DNA of 34,095 nucleotides from a virus (Duplodnaviria > Heunggongvirae > Uroviricota > Caudoviricetes), in IMG/VR virus record IMGVR_UViG_2695420685_000005; one strand, written 5' to 3'. Position 1 is the first letter of the stretch. Each line of letters opens with the position of its first letter. A model generated the notes under the pieces. The model saw only the letters and a program-made list of their open reading frames with translations, did not search any database and was not told the DNA's origin. Below, piece after piece: positions 27,426-34,095 of this stretch. Both the position numbers and the translations under genes were made by a program.

Positions 27426-29865
27426 CAATGTAAAATTACAGGTATTGCTCAGGGCTGTTGACCAGGCATCCCGCCCGTTTAAATCCATCCGCACAGCGAG
27501 TAAGTCGCTGTCGGGGGATATCCGGGAAACACAAAAATCACTGCGCGAGCTGAACGGTCAGGCATCCCGTATTGAGGGATTTCGCAAGACCAGTGCACAG
27601 CTCGCCGTGACTGGTCATGCACTTGAAAAGGCACGGCAGGAGGCCGAAGCCCTTGCCACACAGTTTAAAAACACCGAACGTCCGACACGTGCTCAGGCGA
27701 AAGTGCTGGAATCAGCAAAGCGAGCGGCGGAGGACTTACAGGCGAAATATAACCGCCTGACGGATTCCGTTAAACGCCAGCAGCGGGAACTGGCCGCTGT
27801 GGGAATTAATACCCGCAATCTTGCACATGATGAGCAGGGGCTGAAAAACCGTATCAGTGAAACCACCGCACAGCTTAACCGTCAGCGCGACGCACTGGCG
27901 CGTGTCAGTGCACAACAGGCAAAACTTAACGCAGTAAAACAGCGTTATCAGGCCGGAAAAGAACTGGCAGGAAATATGGCCTCAGTGAGCGCTGCCGGTG
28001 TGGGGATTGCTGCTGCGGGAACGATGGCCGGTGTTAAGCTGCTGATGCCCGGTTATGAGTTTGCGCAGAAAAACTCAGAATTGCAGGCTGTGCTCGGTGT
28101 GGCAAAAGACTCCGCCGAAATGGCCGCATTACGCAAACAGGCGCGCCAGCTCGGCGACAATACCGCCGCCTCGGCAGATGATGCAGCCGGTGCGCAGATT
28201 ATTATTGCGAAAGCCGGTGGGGATGTTGATGCCATTCAGGCGGCAACGCCGGTCACGCTGAACATGGCGCTGGCGAACCGCCGCACGATGGAAGAAAACG
28301 CCGCCCTGCTGATGGGGATGAAATCCGCCTTTCAGCTTTCAAACGATAAGGTCGCTCATATCGGGGATGTTCTCTCCATGACGATGAACAAAACCGCCGC
28401 CGATTTTGACGGCATGAGCGATGCGCTGACCTATGCCGCACCTGTGGCAAAAAATGCCGGTGTCAGCATTGAAGAAACCGCCGCAATGGTCGGGGCGCTG
28501 CATGATGCAAAAATTACAGGCTCAATGGCGGGGACGGGAAGCCGTGCCGTGTTAAGCCGCCTGCAGGCACCGACGGGAAAAGCATGGGATGCACTCAAAG
28601 AGCTTGGAGTGAAAACCTCAGACAGCAAGGGAAACACCCGGCCAATATTTACCATTCTGAAAGAAATGCAGGCCAGTTTTGAGAAAAACCGGCTCGGTAC
28701 TGCCCAGCAGGCTGAATACATGAAAACTATTTTCGGGGAGGAGGCCAGCTCAGCCGCCGCCGTGCTGATGACTGCCGCCTCAACCGGAAAGCTGGACAAA
28801 CTGACCGCTGCGTTTAAAGCCTCAGACGGCAAGACCGCCGAGCTGGTAAATATCATGCAGGACAACCTAGGCGGTGACTTTAAAGAGTTTCAGTCCGCTT
28901 ATGAGGCGGTGGGGACTGACCTGTTTGACCAGCAGGAAGGCGCGCTGCGTAAGCTCACGCAGACGGCCACAAAGTATGTGTTAAAACTCGACGGCTGGAT
29001 CCAGAAAAACAAATCACTGGCGTCAACCATCGGCATCATTGCCGGTGGCGCGCTGGCGCTGACTGGCATCATCGGTGCAATTGGTCTTGTAGCCTGGCCG
29101 GTTATCACCGGCATCAATGCCATCATCGCGGCAGCAGGCGCAATGGGGGCAGTCTTCACGACGGTTGGCAGTGCCGTTATGACCGCCATCGGGGCGATTA
29201 GCTGGCCGGTTGTGGCCGTGGTGGCCGCTATTGTCGCCGGGGCGTTACTTATCCGTAAATACTGGGAGCCTGTCAGCGCATTCTTTGGCGGTGTGGTTGA
29301 AGGGCTGAAAGCGGCATTTGCGCCGGTGGGGGAGCTGTTCACGCCACTTAAGCCGCTGTTTGACTGGCTGGGTGAAAAGTTACAGGCCGCGTGGCAGTGG
29401 TTTAAAAACCTGATTGCCCCGGTCAAAGCCACCCAGGACACCCTGAACCGTTGCCGTGACACGGGCGTCATGTTCGGGCAGGCACTGGCTGACGCGCTGA
29501 TGCTGCCGCTTAATGCGTTCAACAAACTGCGCAGCGGTATTGACTGGGTACTGGAAAAACTCGGTGTTATCAACAAAGAGTCAGACACACTTGACCAGAC
29601 CGCCGCAAGGACTCATGCCGCCACGTATGGCACAGGTGATTATATTCCGGCGACCAGCTCTTATGCGGGGTATCAGGCTTACCAGCCGGTCACGGCACCG
29701 GCTGGCCGCTCTTATGTGGACCAGAGTAAAAACGAATATCACATCAACCTGACGGGCGGTACTGCGCAGGGGACACAGCTTGACCGCCAGTTACAGGATG
29801 CGCTCGAAAAATACGAGCGGGATAAACGTGCGCGCGCCCGTGCCAGCATGATGCATGACGGTTAA
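27418..29865 (+). CDS. T: Tail tape-measure protein T (815 aa)
   Basis: Long Ala/Gly-rich protein with hydrophobic central segments; size and synteny with P2 T. Confidence 0.9.
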   Translation: MSNNVKLQVLLRAVDQASRPFKSIRTASKSLSGDIRETQKSLRELNGQASRIEGFRKTSAQLAVTGHALEKARQEAEALATQFKNTERPTRAQAKVLESAKRAAEDLQAKYNRLTDSVKRQQRELAAVGINTRNLAHDEQGLKNRISETTAQLNRQRDALARVSAQQAKLNAVKQRYQAGKELAGNMASVSAAGVGIAAAGTMAGVKLLMPGYEFAQKNSELQAVLGVAKDSAEMAALRKQARQLGDNTAASADDAAGAQIIIAKAGGDVDAIQAATPVTLNMALANRRTMEENAALLMGMKSAFQLSNDKVAHIGDVLSMTMNKTAADFDGMSDALTYAAPVAKNAGVSIEETAAMVGALHDAKITGSMAGTGSRAVLSRLQAPTGKAWDALKELGVKTSDSKGNTRPIFTILKEMQASFEKNRLGTAQQAEYMKTIFGEEASSAAAVLMTAASTGKLDKLTAAFKASDGKTAELVNIMQDNLGGDFKEFQSAYEAVGTDLFDQQEGALRKLTQTATKYVLKLDGWIQKNKSLASTIGIIAGGALALTGIIGAIGLVAWPVITGINAIIAAAGAMGAVFTTVGSAVMTAIGAISWPVVAVVAAIVAGALLIRKYWEPVSAFFGGVVEGLKAAFAPVGELFTPLKPLFDWLGEKLQAAWQWFKNLIAPVKATQDTLNRCRDTGVMFGQALADALMLPLNAFNKLRSGIDWVLEKLGVINKESDTLDQTAARTHAATYGTGDYIPATSSYAGYQAYQPVTAPAGRSYVDQSKNEYHINLTGGTAQGTQLDRQLQDALEKYERDKRARARASMMHDG

Positions 29866-29879
29866 GGAGGTGACGAAAA

Positions 29880-30359
29880 ATGATGCTCGCGTTAGGTATG
29901 TTTGTTTTTATGCGCCAGACGCTGCCACACCAGACCATGCAGCGTGAATCGGATTATCGCTGGCCGTCAAATTCCCGTATCGGTAAACGGGATGCCTTTC
30001 AGTTTCTCGGTGTAGGTGAGGAAAACATCACGCTGGCCGGTGTGCTTTATCCCGAACTGACCGGCGGAAAGCTGACGATGACCACGCTCAGACTGATGGC
30101 AGAGGAAGGCCGGGCGTGGCCGTTGCTGGATGGCACCGGCATGATTTACGGCATGTATGTCATCAGCAGGGTGAGTGAAACAGGGAGTATTTTCTTTGCA
30201 GACGGCACACCCCGAAAAATTGATTTTACGCTGTCGCTCACCCGCGTTGATGAATCACTGGCCGCGCTTTATGGCGATATCGGTAAACAGGCAGAATCGC
30301 TCATCGGTAAGGCTGGCAGTATGGCGACTAAATTCACGGATATGACGGGGGCGGGATAA
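29880..30359 (+). CDS. U: Tail protein U (159 aa)
   Basis: Size and synteny with P2 U. Confidence 0.85.
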   Translation: MMLALGMFVFMRQTLPHQTMQRESDYRWPSNSRIGKRDAFQFLGVGEENITLAGVLYPELTGGKLTMTTLRLMAEEGRAWPLLDGTGMIYGMYVISRVSETGSIFFADGTPRKIDFTLSLTRVDESLAALYGDIGKQAESLIGKAGSMATKFTDMTGAG

Positions 30360-31522
30360 TGCTGGATGCACTGACATTTGATGCAGGCAGTACGCTGACG
30401 CCGGATTACATGCTGATGCTCGACAGCAGGGATATTACCGGCAATATCAGCGACCGTCTGATGAGCATGACCCTGACGGATAACCGGGGCTTTGAGGCTG
30501 ACCAGCTTGATATTGAACTGAACGATGCCGACGGGCAGGTCGGGCTGCCGGTTCGTGGCGCTGTCCTGACGGTGTATATCGGCTGGAAAGGTTTTGCCCT
30601 GGTATGCAAAGGGAAATTTACCGTTGATGAGGTTGAACACCGGGGCGCGCCGGATGTGGTTACCATCCGCGCCCGGAGTGCAGATTTTCGCGGGACGCTC
30701 AATTCCCGCCGGGAAGGCTCATGGCATGACACCACGCTCGGTGCGATTGTTGAGGCGATAGCCTCCCGTAACAGGCTGGAAGCCAGTGTCACTCCGTCAC
30801 TGGCCGGAATTAAAATCCCGCACATCGACCAGTCGCAGGAGTCTGATGCGAAATTCCTGACCCGTCTTGCTGAACGCAACGGCGGCGAGGTGTCGGTAAA
30901 AATGGGAAAACTGTTGTTTCTCAAAGCGGGGCAGGGGGTGACGGCCAGCGGTAAAAAAATCCCGCAGGTCACCATAACCCGCAGCGACGGCGACCGCCAT
31001 CATTTTGCGATTGCTGACCGTGGAGCCTATACCGGCGTAACGGCAAAGTGGTTACACACCAAAGATCCGAAACCACAAAAGCAGAAGGTAAAACTGAAAC
31101 GCAAAAAGAAAGAAAAACACCTGCGCGCACTGGAGCACCCGAAAGCAAAACCGGTCACGCAGAAGAAAGCGCCAAAAGTACCGGAAGCGCGCGAAGGTGA
31201 ATACATGGCCGGTGAGGCTGACAACGTTTTTGCCCTGACTACGGTATATGCCACGAAAGCGCAGGCCATGCGCGCCGCTCAGGCGAAGTGGGATAAACTG
31301 CAACGGGGGGTGGCGGAGTTCTCCATCAGCCTGGCTACCGGTCGGGCTGATATTTACACGGAAACGCCGGTCAGAGTGTCAGGCTTTAAGCGCGTCATAG
31401 ACGAGCAGGACTGGACAATCACTAAGGTGACACATTTTCTGAATAATAGCGGCTTCACGACGTCCTTAGAGCTTGAGGTCAGGCTTTCTGATGTGGAGTA
31501 CGAAACAGAAGATGATGAGTGA
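30359..31522 (+). CDS. D: Tail protein D (387 aa, late gene D)
   Basis: Size and synteny with P2 D; last gene of the tail operon. Confidence 0.9.
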   Translation: MLDALTFDAGSTLTPDYMLMLDSRDITGNISDRLMSMTLTDNRGFEADQLDIELNDADGQVGLPVRGAVLTVYIGWKGFALVCKGKFTVDEVEHRGAPDVVTIRARSADFRGTLNSRREGSWHDTTLGAIVEAIASRNRLEASVTPSLAGIKIPHIDQSQESDAKFLTRLAERNGGEVSVKMGKLLFLKAGQGVTASGKKIPQVTITRSDGDRHHFAIADRGAYTGVTAKWLHTKDPKPQKQKVKLKRKKKEKHLRALEHPKAKPVTQKKAPKVPEAREGEYMAGEADNVFALTTVYATKAQAMRAAQAKWDKLQRGVAEFSISLATGRADIYTETPVRVSGFKRVIDEQDWTITKVTHFLNNSGFTTSLELEVRLSDVEYETEDDE

Positions 31523-31606
31523 TGTTTTTATTTTATCTGTTTGTTTTATAAGGATAAATTAACTAAAATGGCACCATCAACAAAACCGGAAGAGGTGCTC
31601 GCGATG

Positions 31607-31822
31607 TTTCATTGTCCTTTATGCCAGCATGCCGCACATGCGCGTACAAGTCGCTATATCACTGACACGACAAAAGAGCGTTATCACCAGTGTCAGAACG
31701 TGAATTGCAGCGCCACGTTCATCACTTATGAGTCGGTACAGCGATACATCGTGAAGCCGGGAGAAGTCCACGCCGTAAGGCCGCACCCGTTGCCGTCAGG
31801 GCAGCAAATTATGTGGATGTAA
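31607..31822 (+). CDS. ogr: Ogr, zinc-finger late-gene transcription activator (from internal ATG at 31607; ORF track opens at 31541)
   Basis: MFHCPLCQHAAHARTSRYI...YHQCQNVNCSATF carries the Cys4 zinc-binding pattern of P2 Ogr; last phage gene before attR. Confidence 0.9.
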   Translation, partial: FHCPLCQHAAHARTSRYITDTTKERYHQCQNVNCSATFITYESVQRYIVKPGEVHAVRPHPLPSGQQIMWM

Positions 31823-31832
31823 TTACAAACAG

Positions 31833-31859
31833 AAAGCCCCTCAGTCGAGGGGCTTTTTT
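31833..31859 (+). terminator. Rho-independent terminator after ogr
   Basis: aaagcccctc-agtc-gaggggcttt stem-loop followed by a T-run. Confidence 0.7.
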
Positions 31860-31923
31860 GTCGATGTGGTCAATGTGTGGACGTGACCAGAAATAAATCC
31901 TTTTATTTCAATTTGTTGTACGT

Positions 31924-31950
31924 AAAAAATAAGCCCGTGTAAGGGAGATT
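31924..31950. repeat. attR: attR core: second copy of the 27-bp direct repeat
   Basis: Identical to 143-169; coincides with the 3' terminator of cyaR. Confidence 0.8.
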
Positions 31951-32010
31951 ACACAGGCTAAGGAGGTGGTTCCTGGTACAGCTAGCATTTTATGGGTTAT
32001 GTTTTTCAGC
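31924..32010 (-). ncRNA. cyaR: CyaR (RyeE) Hfq-dependent sRNA, about 87 nt
   Basis: Minus strand reads GCUGAAAAACAUAACCCAUAAAAUGCUAGCUGUACCAGGAACCACCUCCUUAGCCUGUGUAAUCUCCCUUACACGGGCUUAUUUUUU, matching the E. coli CyaR sequence as I recall it, with a 3' stem-loop and U-run. Confidence 0.85.
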
Positions 32011-32094
32011 GAAACGGATGATAACCTTAATAAATGCAGCTGTATGTGATCGGTTTCTAAGAATTTTCCATCCGGGAAAAATAATCGAAATTAA

Positions 32095-33456
32095 TCACTT
32101 ACCGTGTGGGTTACGCGTGGTTTCCCCGGAGAAATTACGCATCAGCAGAGCGTAATTGAGCTCAAGATCCTGCGGGACCGGGAGCCACACAGTATAACCA
32201 TCGCCTGGTGCGACCGGCATCGCTTCACCTTTGGCGTTTTCCATGTGCTCAAGGGTAAAGTTAATGTTGCCTTGCGGCGTCATCAGCTCAAGGCTGTCGC
32301 CAACGGAGAATTTATTTTTCACCGCTACCGCCGCGAGGTCCCCCTTGCGCTCACCGGTAAACTCACCAACAAACTGCTGGCGGTCAGAAACTGAATAACC
32401 GTATTCGTAGTTCTGATAATCGTCGTGAGTATGACGACGCAGGAAACCTTCGGTATAGCCACGATGCGCCAGACCTTCCAGAGTTTCCAGCAGGCTGGTA
32501 TCGAACGGTTTGCCCGCAGCGGCGTCATCGATAGCTTTACGGTAAACCTGTGCGGTGCGTGCGCAATAGTAGAAAGATTTAGTACGGCCTTCGATTTTCA
32601 GCGAATGCACGCCCATTTTGGTCAGGCGTTCTACATGGGCGATGGCGCGCAGATCTTTCGAGTTCATGATGTAAGTGCCGTGCTCATCTTCAAACGCGGT
32701 CATATACTCGCCCGGACGCTGGGCTTCTTCGATCATAAACACTTTGTCGGTTGGCGCGCCGATACCCAGCGTCGGCTCAACATTTTGCACCGGAATCGGC
32801 TCGTACTTGTGTACGATGTTGCCAACGTCATCTTCTTTCCCTTCCTGGACGTTGTACTCCCAGCGGCAGGCGTTGGTGCAGGTACCCTGGTTCGGATCGC
32901 GCTTGTTGATATAGCCAGAGAGCAGGCAGCGACCGGAGTAGGCCATGCACAGTGCGCCGTGAACGAAGATCTCGATCTCCATATCCGGCACCTGATTGCG
33001 GATCTCTTCAATCTCTTCCAGCGACAGCTCGCGAGAGAGGATCACGCGGGTCAGGCCCATTTGCTGCCAGAATTTCACCGTCGCCCAGTTTACGGCGTTA
33101 GCCTGCACCGAGAGGTGGATCGGCATTTCAGGGAAGTGCTCACGCACCAGCATAATCAGCCCTGGATCGGACATAATCAGCGCATCCGGCCCCATTTCCA
33201 CCACCGGTTTCAGGTCACGGATAAAGGTTTTCAGCTTGGCGTTGTGCGGTGCAATGTTGACCACGACATAAAACTTTTTCCCCAGCGCGTGGGCTTCATT
33301 GATGCCGAGCTGAAGATTTTCGTGGTTGAATTCGTTGTTGCGCACACGCAGGGAGTAACGCGGCTGGCCCGCATAAACAGCATCTGCGCCATAAGCGAAA
33401 GCGTAACGCATATTTTTCAGCGTTCCCGCCGGGGAAAGGAGTTCCGGTTTAAACAT
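32095..33456 (-). CDS. yegQ: Host peptidase-U32-family protein YegQ/TrhP (453 aa)
   Basis: N-terminus MFKPELLSPAGTLKNMRYAFAYGADAVYAGQPRYSLR matches E. coli YegQ; in E. coli K-12 yegQ neighbours cyaR and a P2 remnant. Confidence 0.85.
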   Translation of the reverse strand: MFKPELLSPAGTLKNMRYAFAYGADAVYAGQPRYSLRVRNNEFNHENLQLGINEAHALGKKFYVVVNIAPHNAKLKTFIRDLKPVVEMGPDALIMSDPGLIMLVREHFPEMPIHLSVQANAVNWATVKFWQQMGLTRVILSRELSLEEIEEIRNQVPDMEIEIFVHGALCMAYSGRCLLSGYINKRDPNQGTCTNACRWEYNVQEGKEDDVGNIVHKYEPIPVQNVEPTLGIGAPTDKVFMIEEAQRPGEYMTAFEDEHGTYIMNSKDLRAIAHVERLTKMGVHSLKIEGRTKSFYYCARTAQVYRKAIDDAAAGKPFDTSLLETLEGLAHRGYTEGFLRRHTHDDYQNYEYGYSVSDRQQFVGEFTGERKGDLAAVAVKNKFSVGDSLELMTPQGNINFTLEHMENAKGEAMPVAPGDGYTVWLPVPQDLELNYALLMRNFSGETTRNPHGK

Positions 33457-33602
33457 AATTCTCTCGTTCTGATGACAGGTCAGATCCGCTTCACCTGATG
33501 AAGCGGTTAGGGGAGTGCCCCCACTTTAAGGGCGGGCATTGTAGCGCTGTGGGGGGATCTGGTAAAGCGCCGGACGCCAACAACCCACGCCCGGCATCGT
33601 AA

Positions 33603-33935
33603 TTACGTATTGTCTTTCACCGTCTGGCTTGTGCCATTGGCTTTAACGGAGGCAATTCCGGTTTCACGAGATTGCGCGGTGGCGTACATCTGGCTGGAGC
33701 CGATAATTTGATGATTAGCGGCTTTCAGATTGAAATAGAATTTGCCGTTACTTGCCGTTTTTTTCTCATAGCGTTCTTCTTGCGGGCTGTTGCTACGCAC
33801 CGACGCGATGCCCTTTTCCGCAGAGGCTTTTGAGGTATAAAGCTCGCTGGTGAGGATAGTCTCACCATTGCCCGCTTTTAGCACAAACCGGAACTGATTA
33901 TCACTGCTCTTACTGAGTTCAAACCAACCAGCCAT
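33603..33935 (-). CDS. yegP: Host YegP, DUF1508/UPF0339 tandem-repeat protein (110 aa from internal ATG; ORF track opens at 33974)
   Basis: MAGWFELSKSSDNQFRFVLKAGNGE... with two internally similar halves; adjacent to yegQ as in E. coli. Confidence 0.75.
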   Translation of the reverse strand: MAGWFELSKSSDNQFRFVLKAGNGETILTSELYTSKASAEKGIASVRSNSPQEERYEKKTASNGKFYFNLKAANHQIIGSSQMYATAQSRETGIASVKANGTSQTVKDNT

Positions 33936-34095
33936 AATGACTCCTTGATTGAAATTGTGTATCGAAAACAGCATCTAAAGGTGTAATGCCAGTCAGTTAA
34001 GCAACTGACTGGCTCTTTTTCGGGGCTGTGGGGTATTTCCAGGGCCTCTCCTTTACCACTCTCGGGAAGGCCCTTTCCCTTCTTGTCGGTAATTT

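Larger units (their letters stand above)
143..31950. mobile_element. Integrated P2-like prophage (attL to attR), complete gene set from int through ogr
   Basis: Contiguous P2 gene order and protein sizes (Int 337 aa, A 761 aa, Q 344 aa, P 590 aa, N 357 aa, T 815 aa, D 387 aa, Ogr 72 aa); bounded by a 27-bp direct repeat; cos sequence present internally. Confidence 0.9.

Noticed and set aside
25234-30975. Antisense ORFs within FI, FII, T and D (for example 28431-28865, 28899-29588, 30406-30975)
   Set aside because: Fully nested in high-confidence tail genes on the opposite strand; Ala/Ser/Pro-rich translations typical of antisense GC-rich DNA.
32104-33498. Plus-strand ORFs (96 aa and 357 aa) overlapping yegQ
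   Set aside because: Antisense to the well-matched host gene yegQ on the minus strand; no supporting signals.
1-34095. CRISPR arrays, tRNA/rRNA genes, IS elements or transposase genes
   Set aside because: No short regularly spaced repeats, no tRNA-like cloverleaf candidates at the att sites (the att core is an sRNA terminator, not a tRNA), and no transposase-like ORFs. The only tandem repeats are the in-frame tail-fibre repeats.

Overview
This window is an essentially complete P2-like (Peduovirus-type) prophage of about 31.8 kb, integrated into the 3' end of the host sRNA gene cyaR in an Escherichia/Enterobacteriaceae-type chromosome. A 27-bp direct repeat (about 143-169 and 31924-31950) marks the attL/attR cores. 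Gene order follows the P2 map: int-C-cox-B-orf cluster-A, then cos, Q/P leftward, O-N-M-L-X, the lysis cassette Y-K-lysA-lysB-lysC, R-S, V-W-J-I-H-G, FI-FII-E/E'-T-U-D and ogr. Host cyaR, yegQ (trhP) and yegP lie to the right. Two strongly AT-rich cargo islands interrupt the GC-rich phage backbone at the two positions where P2 itself carries tin/old and Z/fun. The first (about 6866-8596) is a translationally coupled pair: a 375-396 aa soluble protein and a 179 aa four-helix membrane protein. The second (23625-24953) is a single 442 aa protein with a HEPN-like Rx4H motif and a C-terminal PD-(D/E)xK-like nuclease motif. I could not assign either to a named family from sequence alone; they are the best candidates for an undescribed phage-borne defence system. 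All assignments rest on reading the supplied translations and DNA against remembered P2 biology, with no database search run, and fine coordinates I derived myself may be off by 1-2 nt.
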